From the NCBI RefSeq assembly GCF_006345805.1, contig NC_043003.1, forward strand, positions 86,180,001-86,244,000: a stretch of DNA of 64,000 bases. The letters are read 5' to 3'. This DNA is from Octopus sinensis. Its lineage: Eukaryota. The notes under the pieces are model-generated. The model worked only from the letters and a program-made list of their open reading frames with translations. It did no database searches and was not told where the DNA came from. Of the stretch, positions 39,170-52,419 are shown in pieces. Numbering within the stretch: the first letter of the stretch is position 1; every line of letters begins with the position of its first letter. Position numbers and translations under genes: made by a program.

Positions 39170-40380
39170 CCAACGTTTCGACTGATGCACAAGAGGGTCA
39201 TGTGAAACCTGGGGACTATGACTAAATGACACGCGTAACGAATAGATGTGTATCAAGCGATCCGCTTCTTTAAAAAGGTTGCAGTTTCTGCGTTAGAAAC
39301 TGAGAATTATTGCTCTTGTTGCTGCTTCTTTGTTTCCTGGTTTAGTATTTCTAGTCCTTCAAAGAAAAAGTATGACATTGTTCTTATGGCAAATGTGGAA
39401 GCAACTAATGCGTTTTTGCCTTGTACCATTAATCTTGTCTTTTGTCACGCCGCCCTCAACTGTACACAGTTCTTGTATGGTTGTGCGGCCTTCGAGTGTC
39501 ATTGAGACGCTCCTTCATTGCTTATCATCTCTCATTAGCCTTGCTTTAACTACACACCCATATTTCTTTACAAAAAGTGACAAAGAGCCACGGACCCACA
39601 GTGATTCTAATAGCTCTTATCGTAATTATTGTATTTCTTTTGCTCTATATACTGGGGTACAAGTGTAAGAGCGGAGATATCTGTAACAATTTCGGTCGGT
39701 ATTTTGCTTGAATCGCCCGTTTTAAAAGTGAAGCAGAAAATGCTAAAATTTTTCCTTTTACGGTTGAGAGGCATTCTCCCGAGTGTTTGTTGTAGTTGTT
39801 ATCTTAAAAACAAATACAACAGTGCCATCTCTTCTATATAATTGACATTTAATCTTTTTATTATTCCCTCTTGTAGGGGATCTTGCAGCAAAAGAATACT
39901 ACTTCTACGAAATTATTCCAGCTATGTTTTCCTTGCAATCATGGTTATTGTAAAAATTCAAATTCAGTTTATTCTAATTGTCTTAGAATAAAGACAAAGT
40001 TAAATATAATACAACCAGCACGTGAGAGATTTAAGCTACCTGAATTTGTGCGAGTGCCGCAATCGTTATTATCTATGTAAATCTTCTGAATTATTGCTAA
40101 ACACTTTGGAATATTTTCCTATTATTTGTTCATTAAAATGTAATGAATTATTTTCGTTCATAAAAATGTAATTTTTTCTTAATTTTATTCATTAAGTTTG
40201 ATATTTTGCGTTGGCGTTGCTTTCTTCGTTTGCCTGCTGTTAGAATATTTGGTTGTATAATATGTTTATACCTATTAACACTTTGAATGTAGTACAGCTA
40301 AGCGAATAAGATAAACAAATTAAGCGCAAGTTTTCGTCTAGTAATTATAATCTTTCAAGCAAGTACTCCAAAGAAAAGGC
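39170..40380 (-). mobile_element. Possible degenerate Penelope-like element (GIY-YIG region relic)
   Basis: Minus-strand fragments MKERLNDTRR and FEGLEILNQETK resemble GIY-YIG endonuclease motifs; downstream gac..gtcGAAAcgttgg resembles a decayed pLTR hammerhead. Confidence 0.3.
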
Positions 40381-40430
40381 TATGAATTTGGTTGAGCAGC
40401 GGAGTGAAATAAATACATGGACGCCAGTAA

Positions 40431-40815
<385 letters not shown>

Positions 40816-40816
<1 letters not shown>

Positions 40817-42747
40817 TGTCGTTGTGGAATACGAATCTCCAATTATACCACTCTAATGGAGTACTTGCCTCAGAAAATATAAACATCAACTGTGGAATTT
40901 TTCAAGGTGACTCACTTTCACCTTTAATATTCTGCATAGCCCTAATACCCCTTACAAGTGAATTAAACAGAACAGGGTATGGGTATAAAATTGCCAATAA
41001 AAAAATAAGCATCTATTTTATATGGATGACTTAAAACTTTATGGTAAAGACAATAATGAACTTGAAGGCCTATTGCGCACCGTGAAAGCATTCAGCGATG
41101 ACATCGGGATGGAGTTTGGACTTGAGAAGTGTGCCAAGGCCACTTTCCAGAAAGGGAAAGTGAAGACCACAAATTCAGTCGTGTTAGATGTTGACACAGT
41201 CATAAGAGAGCTTGAGCAAGAACAAACATACAAATATTTAGGGATAAATGAAGGCTCTGGTATTCAGCATGCAAGCATGAAAGAGAAAATCAGGAAGGAA
41301 TGTTATAGGAGAGTTCGTGCAGTCCTGAAATCTGAACTAAATGCACGTAACAAGGTGTTAGCTATAAATTCCTTAGCAGTTCCAGTTGTTACTTATAGAT
41401 ACAATGTGTTGAACTGGAATATGAGTGAAGTAAAGAATATAGATAGAAAAATACGCAAGCTGCTGAGTTGTAATAGGATGCACCACCCAAAGGCAGACGT
41501 AGATCGCCTTTACCTTCCCAGAGCCCAAGGAGGTCGAGGCCTGATCCAATTTGAACTAGCTTACAAAACAACCACAAATGGACTGGCCAAATATCTCGAA
41601 ATATCGAATGACTGGATGCTAAAGCTCGTGGAAAATCACGAGAGACGAAAGAAGCTTCATTCTATCATAAAGGAAAGCAAAAAATTTGCTATTGATCTCG
41701 TGCAGGATACCCAAACTGAACAACCCGAGGGAAGTACGGCAACTATTGTTGCAAAGAAGGTGAAAATGATAGCAATGAAAAAAGCGCACGAGCAATTGGC
41801 TGATAGGTGGGAGGAGAAACCTCTGCACGGCAAATATGTGACCCGCAGCAAACAAGCTGATGTTGACCAGAAGCGAACCCATCAGTGGCTACGGAGCTCA
41901 GGGCTAAAAGCAGAGAGCGAAGGTTTCATCCTGGCTGCTTAAGATCAAAGCCTATTAACCCGGAACTACCAGGCCATTTTGATGAAAAATGGAGCAGACC
42001 CAAAATGCCGATTCTGCAACGACATGATTGAAACAGTGGACCACCTAATCTCTGGATGTAAAGTCTTAGCACCAGTGGAGTATAAATTAAGACATGACAG
42101 AGTTGGCCAATATCTCCACTGGCTAATAAGTCGGTATTACAATATCAAAACTGCCGACAAGTGGTATAATCACCACCCTGAGGCTGTAACTGAAGGAGAA
42201 AATGTAACCATTCTGTGGGACTTTCCAGTACATACAGACCGAACCATCAAGGCCAATAAACCAGATATTGTTGTGAAAGACCAAAACAATAAAGTTTGCT
42301 TATTGATCGACATGAGCATCCCCTGTGATCATAATATCTCAGCGAAAGAGTTTGACAAGCTCAGAAAATATAAAGACCTACTCATTGAAATTGAGAAAAT
42401 GTGGCATCTCAAGGCGGTTACAATACCAGTGATCGTAGGAGCACTAGGAATGATCAAGAAGGGAACCGAAAATTATATGAGAATGATCCCTGGCTTACCA
42501 TCCCTGCAAGAAGTGCAAAAGATTGTCTTAACTGGTACATCACACGTATTGAGAAGAGCATTGTCGATGTGAGAACTGTTGCTGCTCATGTATTTTAATT
42601 TAACTTTAAAAAAAAAAAAAAATGAACGAACTACTGAGTTTGGTTTAATGGCCTACCAAAGTATACTATGAGTTTCTTTGCCCTAGGAGTCGGGAAGACA
42701 CTCGGCAAGAAATGGAAGCAAATTTGAAAGAAGAAAAAAAAAGTAAC
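40816..42747 (+). mobile_element. Young 5'-truncated R4/Dong-like LINE (RT through RLE) between (AAT)n tracts
   Basis: GIFQGDSLSPL, MDDLKLY, HHPKADVDRLY, PLHGKY, CRFC..ETVDHLISGC, RHDRV, WDFPVHTD..NKPDIVV..LIDMSIP..KYKDL; stop TGA at 42570-42572. Confidence 0.93.
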
Positions 42748-42787
<40 letters not shown>

Positions 42788-42817
42788 CTGATGACGACGA
42801 CGATGATGATGATAATG

Positions 42818-43477
42818 AACGGAAGCTTTCGTGCAATGAGTGATGTCGACAGATTACACGTATCCAGAAAGAAAGGAGGAAGAGGACTTGTTTGTTGTGA
42901 AGATATGTGGGAGCTTTACCAGCCAACGCAGAAAGAATATATGCGGCGCCATGATAGCGTAGTAAAAATTGTTCATTGGGAGCTTTGAGAAAAATACGGT
43001 CTTGAAAAGGCTAGTCGGTGGTATGAGTAAATAACAGAAGGCTTTATAAAAGATGATGATGCTAAGATTTTATGGGACTTTATGTTACAATGTGACCGTG
43101 AAATTGAACATCGCAATGCAGATATGTTGGTGGTTAACAAAGTTACCAAACTATGCTTGATTCTATATGTGGCTTGACAATAAGGTTTGTGATAAAGAAT
43201 TTAAGAACATTGAGAGGAACGAACTCCTAGCATGGGATGTAAAATATTTGTGGGCAATACTTTGTTCCCAGATGTTTTCGGGCATTTGATACTGTGAGTA
43301 CCAAAATTCAAAGTCATTTTAAAACAATCAAGGGAAACATCAGGGTGGGGCACTTACAGAAAACATTACTTGGAACTGATAGAATATTTAGAAAAGTAGT
43401 TGACAACTGAAAGCCCGCTGGCTGTGAATAGCTGGCACCGGTATTTCCCCACCGGCAACAAATGCTGGTGACAGATG

Positions 43478-43478
<1 letters not shown>
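42818..43478 (+). mobile_element. Internally deleted degenerate R4/Dong-like relic
   Basis: SDVDRLHVSRKKGGRGL fused directly to KEYMRRHDSV; then ILWDF..CDREIEHR. Confidence 0.75.
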
Positions 43479-43522
<44 letters not shown>

Positions 43523-43745
43523 TAATAATAGTAGTAGTAGTAGTAGTAGTAATAATAATAATAATAATAATAATAATATTGATAATAATTGTAGTAGTAG
43601 TAGTAGTAATAATAATAATAATAATAATAGTAGTAGTAGTAGTAATAATAATAATAATAATAATGATAATAATATAGTAGTAGTAGTAGTAGTAGTAATA
43701 ATAATAATAATAATAATAATGATAATATAGTAGTAGTAGTAGTAG

Positions 43746-43776
<31 letters not shown>

Positions 43777-43846
43777 AATAGTAGTAGTAGTAGTACTAAT
43801 AATAATAATAATAATAATAATAATGATAATAATAGTAGTAGTAGTA

Positions 43847-43900
<54 letters not shown>
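43479..43900. repeat. (AAT)n/(AGT)n compound microsatellite
   Basis: Direct reading. Confidence 0.95.
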
Positions 43901-44180
43901 CAATTCTTTTTTATTGGCCACAAGGGCTGACACGCATGATTACATAAAGGGACAAGACAGGACGAAAGATTACAAAGGGTTTTGCCGTTTTTTAAAAACA
44001 TCGAGTAAAAATCTTTATAACAACTTATAAAATTCAACAATGAAAAACTCCCAAAAGGGGGAGACGTTTCGAAAGTTCCTGGTGGAAAAACCCTACAAAA
44101 GCCAACGGGAGCCTGGTCAAAAAAAAGGGGGTGTAGAGAGTCCCCTTTCTTCTCCTTTTACATTACCTTTTTCTTTGAAA

Positions 44181-47100
44181 TCACAGGCGAAACCTGAGAA
44201 CTGGTCCATTTATACAGGCCAGTCTCGCACAATTCACCCACCTTTCATAAAACTTGCTATCGGACAGCACTTTCCTCTCTAACCTCATCTTCCTTTTCAA
44301 GTGAAACTTGAAAAAGTTGATGAGGCCTTGACCAAAGAGGAAAGTGTCTGTCTTTAGCCCTTTCAAACGAGTCCACCACACGACCTCTTTCGCCACAGCC
44401 ACTAGGCACAAGAAAACGGCCTCGCCCTCCTGTGTTAAAGGAGGTCGGCGGGGCAATCTTCACTATGGATTCGGCCGATAGTCGGATCCGTCCTACACGT
44501 GACAGTAGCTGTTCGACAAAACCCATATTTCAGCAATACTCGGGCACTGAACGAGTGCGTGCAGAACGGTTTCGTCGTCCTGGCAACACCTCGGGCAGGG
44601 GCTCGGCTGACGGCACTTCCGTGCCGGTAGAGTTTATCTCGAACAGGCAGAGCCCCTCGGTAGCACTGCCAAGCGAGAGACCTCTGGAAATTATCCATCG
44701 GCCCCGGCCCGAAAGTCCTCCCGAACAGACCGCACAGTTCGTCATCTTCAACGCCTAGAGTTTCCCCGAGAACGTCGTCGCATTTTTCCTCCACTAACCC
44801 TCTATAGAACGCTAGAGTGGAGCTGTAACCGACCGCATTGCCCGCCTGGCGGAGGGCGGAGAGGGCTTGACGGCACTCGAGGTGCCAAGCGCCCTTTCTC
44901 GGTCTACGTTTGATCCAGGTCTGCAGTTCCGTCAAAGAGACGAGCTGCGGAAAATCGCGTCTGACAAAAGACGACCACACCTGTTCACCGTCTAGGAAGC
45001 GCTTGAGATGCCGCAGCCTGAGCGCATGTCTGCGCAACAGCAACCACGGCATTCCAAGGCCTCCGTTCAGCGGTCGTTGACAGCAGATGGATCGCCTGAC
45101 CAGTGGCACCTGACCCTTCCACAAAAAGTCGAAGAGCAGACGTACCAGCTTGGCCAACCAGCGGTCGGGACAAGGGACGACGGTCAAGCGGTAATAGATG
45201 ACGGATGCGATGTACGCATTCGCCACCTCCGCTCGACCTTTCAGGGACAGCTTCCTCTCGGCCCATTTCTGGGTGAGACGTGCCACCCTGCTCGTCACCT
45301 CTTCCCAGTTCTTATCCACCTGGAGGTCCGGACCGAACCAGACCCCGAGCAGTTTAACGGGTCCGTCTGTCCAGCGCCCTACGACGCTGTTGGACGGCAT
45401 GGGCTTGCCTCTCCAGGTGCCCAGTTGCAAGCCCACAGACTTTTCCGCGTTAATCTTTGCCCCTGTCACCGCTTCGTACTGGTTTAGCGTCTCGCCAATC
45501 AGGCTAATGTGCCTGTGGCTCGACACCACCACGGTGACGTCGTCGGCATAAGCAGACACGCTGTTTCCGCCTCCTAGATCGCGCGGGATACCCCTCAAAG
45601 CCTCCAACTTGCGCAGTAATGGCTCGAGAGTCAAAATGTACAAGAGGGAGGAGAGAGGGCATCCTTGGCGGACCGAACGCGAGATGTCGAACGGTTCCGA
45701 AAGGTGACCGTTCACCCGTATCACTGAGCAGATGTTGCTGTATAAAGCAGCGATCCACCCGCGGAAGACTGGACCGAAGCCGGCTGCCCTGAGGACAGCT
45801 GCCAGGTACCGATGGTCGACCCTATCGAAGGCTTTACTCTGATCCAAGTTGATCAAAGCCCCACCCGCGCCAGCGTCGTTACCACCCTCTCTATGATGTA
45901 GCGCATGAGATGGAGGTTGTCGTGTATCGACCTGGTCGGCACGGCGCATGTCTGCGTCTCGCCGACCAGCTTGTCCACGACAAGCGCCAATCTCTTGGCT
46001 AGCACCTTGGCCAAAATCTTCAACTCTGCATTGAGCAGAGTGATGGGCCGGAAATTCCCTATAACGTCCCCCTTGTTTGGGTCCTTCTTTAGCAAAGCCA
46101 CCACCCCTCGACAGACAAAAGCAGGAATTCTCCCGTTTTGCTGCCAGTTGCAGTAGACGTTTGCCAACAGGTCCGCAAACAAGTCTGGCATTGAAAAGTA
46201 AAGCTCGTAGGGCAGACCATCCAAACCCGGCGATCTACCTCTCGTGCAACTCTTCATCGCTTCCTGTACTTCCCAGGCAGATATCGGTCCTTCGCAGCAC
46301 TCTGCCTCGCTGTCCGAGAGTTGCGGCAGTCCGTCCAGGTACACACCGAAGTCTGTACCGTTGGTGTCCGTTCCACCGCTCGTCCCAAACAGTTGACAAA
46401 GTGCCGCTGAAGCACCGTACACATCTGCTTCGGTTGGGTAACCTCGCGCCCGTTCTGGTCCACCAAAGACCGAATGGTTGCTCTGTTGCCTCGCTTCGCC
46501 TCCGCCACGCGGGCCCATCGAGCGGCTCTAGTCCCCTCCCCGCTTAGCGAACGTGCCTTAGCTCTGACAACGCAGCCTTCGTGTTTGGCGTCGAAGTGTT
46601 GGTCGAGGGCCAACCTTGCCGCCAACACGTCGGTCGCGATGCCAGTGTCAACAGCCTCGTCTAGTTTCTTAACTAAATCCCGCTCTCTCTTCCTACGTTC
46701 AATAGCTAGAGTCTTACTATACCTAATCGACTCTACTCTAATTGCTCTCTTGAGGGCAAACCACCAGTTGTTGTTGATGATTGTCCCCGTGAGCGCCCGC
46801 TTAACTAGTAAACTAATCCGGTCTCTGTAAGCTTTGCACGCCGTTAACGACGCGTTCAGCTTCCAGTAGCCGGGTCCCTGTCTATGTAGCCTATCTAAGT
46901 CGACCGTACAGATCACTAATTTGTGGTCCGTATATTCGACTAGGTGGAATTGTGGACACCCTACGCTGTCCTTATCCGCTGGCCTACAAAACACTCTATC
47001 TAAGTACAATCTAGACGACCCGATGCGGTTTGTCCAAGTCCACATTGGCACATTCGGGTTGTCTAGTCGAAACCTGTCGGACAGCTGAAAGCGGCCGAGT

Positions 47101-47602
47101 AGGTTGGCGAGGCTCTTGCACCCTCCCCCTCTCCTATCAGACGCTCCCCTGCCCACCCGATCGAAACGTTCGTCTAAGACAGCGTTCCAATCCCCAACTA
47201 GTACTAGAGTGCGTGACGTTCCCAGGAAAACTTCCAGACGTTTGAAATAATCCGACTGCCCTGCTCCTGTCGGAGCGTAGGCAGCCAGCAGTCTGAAAGC
47301 ACCGCCGTCACTACCGTCGACGTCGAGGACCACCAACTTACCTTCCGGATCCAAGAAGACTGTCCTTATTTTCAGGTCCAGGCCCTTCCGAAACAACACC
47401 GCAGTACCACCACCGCCCGCTCCCGGCTGACACGGAGATAGAAATATCTCGTATCCGCCGAAAAGGGCTGCGAGTTCCTGCGGGTCGGAGAGCCTGGTTT
47501 CACTGATGGCTGCTACATCCACATCATGAAACCTCAGGTCGTTTAACAGGTGACCCTGGTTCCAAGGTGACCCGAGGCCTCTCACATTCTAAGATTTGCC
47601 AT
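44181..47602 (-). pseudogene. Tx1/L1-type ORF2 (APE endonuclease + reverse transcriptase), frameshifted
   Basis: AAISETRL, AYAP, LVGDWNA, WTW, LDRVF, TDHKLV, GPGYWKLN; SPGLDGLPYELY, FRPITLLNAELKILAK, LDQSKAFDRVDH, SVRQGCPLS, SAYADDV; several frameshifts and a small deletion just after the ATG at 47602. Confidence 0.92.
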
Positions 47603-47619
47603 GTTTCAAAAGTTAGGGG

Positions 47620-49501
47620 GAAAAAAAGGAGAAAAAAGGCTCTACTTACTGTTGTTGGTGGTGGGGGTGGCTCCCTTGTGCTTTTGCACGGGTGCTTCAA
47701 TAATATTTTTGTAAAGTTTCTGAGAGAAACTTTTCCCTAACGATCCCACATCGTTAGGGAATATTTGTTTTATTTCGTTGTAAACTGTTTTGTTTATTTT
47801 TTTGTGAGAATGTGTGCTGGTGGTGTGTTGTGTGTAGGTATTATGAAATCTGTAATGTTTGTGCTTGTTTTGTTTTTCAAATACTCAACCAGTTCCTGGT
47901 TTCTTGTATTCACTGCTGTAATCATGTCTGTAATTGTGTCTGTGTTTGGGTGTCTGGTAGTGGCAGTAGTGGTGTCGAAAGTGTTGTTGTTGTTTGTGTT
48001 GTGAGTGTGTGTTGTTGTTGATGTGTTGTTGATGTTGGGAAGTACTATTTGTTCGTGTTTCCCCTGTAAATCTTTTTGTTTTTCCTCCTTTTCTTTTTTG
48101 GAGGCACTATGTTCCATTCTCCTTTGTTGGAATCAGAGCTCGCACAATCCGAGATCTCTTCATCCGGCAAAGGAATGGTTGAGGGGTCTGCTTCAGTAGC
48201 AGGACGAAAAGTTTTTGGTTCCGCCGGTATCGGTGGTGCCGCTGCTCCTGTTACTGTTGATGTCGCTGCTGTCGACCTTCGAGGTACTGGTGTCGGTGTT
48301 GGTTTGGTGGTGGTTGTCGGTGTTGGTTGGTGGTGGTTGTTGTTGTGGAGGTGGTGTTGTTCGTCTTGGTGCTGGTGTTGGTGATGGTGTTGGTGGTGTG
48401 GAAGCCTTTGGTGTTTCTTGCTGTTTTTGTTGTTTCTGTTGTTGTTGCTTGTGTTGTTGTTGTTGTTGTTGTTATTGTTGTTGCTGCTGCCTCTTGCTGA
48501 AAGCCTCCATCCTCTTTTTGTGAATGGGACAGTCCCTCTTTAAGTGGCTTTCGCTGCTGCAGAGAAAACATTTTGGCTTTCGCCCCTCCACAGCAACGTT
48601 TAGCCTGGTGGCGTCCGGCAAACTTACGAAATCAGGGACTTTACTTATATTGTCTTGCTGAATTTGCGCAAGAAGCAGCACTCCCATCCCCAACCAGTTT
48701 TTCGCCATCACTCTCCTGACATCTAGAATGGTGGTAGTGTCCTCTATATCATAGAGGACAGCTGCCACCAGCCATGACATATCTAGCTCAGGGGGGGCGA
48801 GGTCGATTTTTATTTTGTTACTCTTCGCCGAGGTGGGTCGGAACTAGTAACAAATTCTCAGTTTGCAAGGGCGAAATGGCGTTCGCCCTTGCAAGCTCCT
48901 CTGTTGGGAAGCGAACCTCCACGGTTCCAAAACGCTTCCCCTTGGTTACGTAGCTCTTTTGGGCCCAAATGGGCTTTAGAGCTATCTCCAACTGTTGGGG
49001 TGTGGCATTTGTTATTCTTTTTAGTTTTCTGTCGAAAACTTTGTAAATTATTGTTTTCTTGTTGGTGCTTTCAATCACCTCTTGTGGAGTATTGAGGAAG
49101 ATGCCATTGCCATCCTTCCTCAACAACTCCTTCGCTCTTTTCACATCTTCTAGAGTTATCTTAACTTCCTCCGAAATTTGCTTCGCAGCAGAAGCAAAAT
49201 TGTTGGAAGTTTTTTCTTTTATCTCCGTGTCAATGTTTGTGATGATTTTTGTATGTTTTTTTTCCTCCTCCTTCCGTACCAAAGCATTGGGTGAAGGCAG
49301 AGGGGGAAAATCGAGAATTACGTCGAACGCGACGTCCTGGCTTGCATTCTCCTTTTGAACCGAGCGCGTGCTCTCCGGTTCGGAAGGAGGATCTTTGTTG
49401 CCTTTTAAGGCGTGAAGTGGGTGTTTTGGACGAGTTGTGTGTGTTTGCGGAGGGAATGTATCTTGAAGGAAGGAACAGCCAACTGTTCGCTTCATAGCCA
49501 T
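47620..49501 (-). pseudogene. Tx1/L1-type ORF1 (gag-like, CX2CX4HX4C knuckle, Q/T-rich tail), frameshifted
   Basis: ORF pieces 48818-49501, 48472-48780 (GRKPKCFLCSSESHLKRDCP), 48251-48571, 47794-48117; 3' limit approximate. Confidence 0.8.
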
Positions 49502-49731
49502 GTTTTTTTGTTGTAATATTCAAAATGTTGAAAAATGTCAAATGTTCAAAATTTTAAAACGTAATTTCACCCCGAATGGGGCAAAATTTCGCCCAACCGA
49601 CGAGCTCCGCAAGAAGCCGGTCGGTTTGGCTACAAAAATATTAAAAAATATTCAAACCTATCAATAGATTTCCAATGAAATTGGTGTCAAATTCACGGAG
49701 CTGATTCACGTACGTCCATCGGCGTCGGAAG

Positions 49732-49782
<51 letters not shown>

Positions 49783-49784
<2 letters not shown>

Positions 49785-50340
49785 GCCCTGATGCAGTACC
49801 AGGCAGTGGCGCTCATGGCTTCTGATCTTAACTGATTGGAAGTGTTATCATGTACATTGTTTTGTCTTGGTATAAAAGATGGGCTACAGCAAATATTCTG
49901 CTCAATACCACAGATTTGCTTGTCAGTTGTTTGACCATAACCAATTGAGCATGTCCCTTAGTGGCTGACGATATGTACATCTCTGATCACGAGCAGAAGT
50001 AGTGGGGGAGCATCATAGCTTTGTGTTGAGAAGGATTCTTTGGGGTTTGAATAATTCACCTCTGGAAACATAGGTGTTTCGTTCAACGTCCTTAAACAAC
50101 CCTTATTCAGGGACCTTTTGAGCGGGATGGGCTACTCGATCTGAAGAAAATTCTAACTGGGCTCCACCTGCAAGGTCATGTGCTGTTTATCTTGATATGA
50201 GATCACCATGTCGCGCACATATGGTTGTGATGCATGTGCCTGGTGTACCCTTATCAGACGGGTAGTCATGATGGGTATACTGGGCTTCGAATATTTTACC
50301 CCAGTGTCACTTTGATGGCATGCTCTGCTCGCTCACTCAA
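49783..50340. mobile_element. ~555-bp non-coding interspersed element at (AAT)n, copy 2
   Basis: Aligns end to end with 31012-31563; (AAT)n on both sides. Confidence 0.8.
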
Positions 50341-50355
50341 TAATAATAATAATAA

Positions 50356-50426
<71 letters not shown>

Positions 50427-50473
50427 TTAATAATAATAATAATAGTAGCAGCAGTAGTAGTAGTAGTAGCAGC

Positions 50474-50507
<34 letters not shown>

Positions 50508-50527
50508 ATAATAATAATAATAATAAC
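50341..50527. repeat. (AAT)n/(AGT)n microsatellite
   Basis: Direct reading. Confidence 0.95.
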
Positions 50528-50555
50528 CCTTACTACTAGGAATACAAGGCCTGAA

Positions 50556-51100
50556 ATGGGCAACTGGAAGGCCCCGGGACCAGATAGATTCCATGGCTAC
50601 TGGATCAAAAGATTTGGTGAATGTCATGCACGAATAGCTGCGCAACTCAACACCTTGTTAAATACCGACCAAGTAACACCAGAGTGGTTGACATTGGATA
50701 GGACAGTGCTGTGCTTGAAAAACATCAAAAGAGGCAACACGGTAGACAATTACAGGCAGATATCCTGTTTGACTCTTATGTGGAAATTATTGATTGGAAT
50801 GTACAAACATCTGGAAAAAATGGAATCCTGCAACATGAGTAGAAGGGTTGCAAGCATAAGTGCAGTGATACCAAGGATCAACTCCTGATGGACAAAACTG
50901 TACTTAGAGACTGTAAGAGGAGGAAAAGTAGCTTAGCCTTGTCATGGATTGACTATTGTAAGGTGTATGATATGATCCCTCATATATCTTGGATAATGGA
51001 ATGTATGAACCTATTTGGTATTGCATCGAATGTTGAGCGATTGCTTGGAAAAAGTATGGTGAATTGGAGGACCAAGAAAAAGTACCAAGAAAAAGAGGGG
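50556..51100 (+). mobile_element. R4/Dong-like RT relic
   Basis: NWKAPGPDRFHGYWIK, YRQISCL, SWIDYCKVYDMIPH. Confidence 0.8.
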
Positions 51101-51109
51101 GAAGAGGAC

Positions 51110-51490
51110 TTATTGTTGTTCTTGTTGCTGCTGTTGATCGAACAGTCTTCGTCCCAGAGCTCGTAAGATGTGGGAGAAGTCCGAAACGTGCTCCTTTGCT
51201 ATTCGTAAGACCCGCAGAAGAGAGAGCAGGTCAACACCCGACACCGAGAGCATCGACGGATGGATGAATGCGCATCCAGGCTCAGCGGTTGCGTAGGAAG
51301 TCGGGAACAAGAAACAGAAAGAAAGAGTGAGAGAAAGTTGGGGCTAAAGAGTACAACACCTCTTGCCGGAGCCTCGTATAGCTTTAGGTGTTTTCGCTCA
51401 ATAAACACACACAATGCCCGGCCTGGGAATCGAAACCGCGATCCTCCGACCGCGAGTCAGCTGCTCTAAGCACTGGGTCATTGCGCCTCC
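51110..51490 (-). mobile_element. tRNA-derived SINE (family C) with (CAA)-rich tail
   Basis: Minus-strand head ggaggcgcaatgacccagtgcttagagcagctgactcgcggtcggaggatcgcggtttcgattccc with A-box- and B-box-like motifs. Confidence 0.7.
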
Positions 51491-52059
51491 TGTTGCTGCT
51501 GTTGATTCATGTGCTACTATTACTATTAGTGCTACTGCTGCTGCTATTATTAGTACATCCAAGTCACCACCACCACCACAACCACCATCACCACCACTTC
51601 TACTACTGGTTAGTCTTTTTGGAGAAGAAAACTGGAAGAATTAAAACATATACCAAAACAGCAACAACTACAAGTATTAATATAAACACTTAAAGAATTT
51701 AAAGAACATTTAATAGTATATAGAAATACTTACAAGATAGTAAGGCATTCTAAGTTCTTGAAGACGTTAGGTGGCAAATTTTCCAAAAGATTTGAACCAA
51801 GTTTTCTGGAAGGAAGAAAAAAATTCTATAGATTAGATGATTTCCATGGTATAAATTGCTTCCATAATGTACAATAAATATTTCTTTTTTAAGCAGGAAT
51901 TGCGTTATATTTGGTTGTATGGAAATGAGAATTTAATACGTTTTTGCGATAAACGTTCGTGGCAATGGGAATCACAATATAAGAGGTTGAGTATCGGTGG
52001 GCATAAAAGAATGATTTTCATATAAACTGAAATACTGCATTAATTATCTATCTCTGTAT

Positions 52060-52207
<148 letters not shown>

Positions 52208-52419
52208 TGTATACTTTCGCTCCTTACAATGTTGTAGGCTATTACAAGTTATTTCGAGTGAACATATTATTCTTTTCTTCCTACATTTTCTCTAAAATAA
52301 GATCATAACAGAGTGTAGTCGTTAATCATTCAAAACGGTTGGTGTTTAAATAAGATTTTATATGGTGGACATTTTTTGTTGGGCGATTTTATAATTAAAG
52401 CTATGATATACATCTGGTA

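Larger units (their letters stand above)
43901..49732 (-). mobile_element. Full-length two-ORF L1/Tx1-like non-LTR retrotransposon inserted in (AAT)n
   Basis: 5'UTR ~230 nt, ORF1 with CCHC knuckle, ORF2 APE+RT, 3'UTR ending aataaaaaagaattg; (ATT)n on both sides in element sense. Confidence 0.92.

Noticed and set aside
44432-48523. Plus-strand ORFs antisense to the Tx1-like element (e.g. 45008-45487, 46077-46547)
   Set aside because: Expected by-product of GC-rich coding sequence on the other strand; no recognisable motifs
49501-49732. HDV-like ribozyme at the Tx1 5' end
   Set aside because: I found simple hairpins only and could not assign P1/P2/P3/P1.1 or the catalytic C strand by eye
51410-51490. 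tRNA gene
   Set aside because: tRNA-like head runs straight into a SINE body with no clean cloverleaf or terminator; the same applies to family A and B heads
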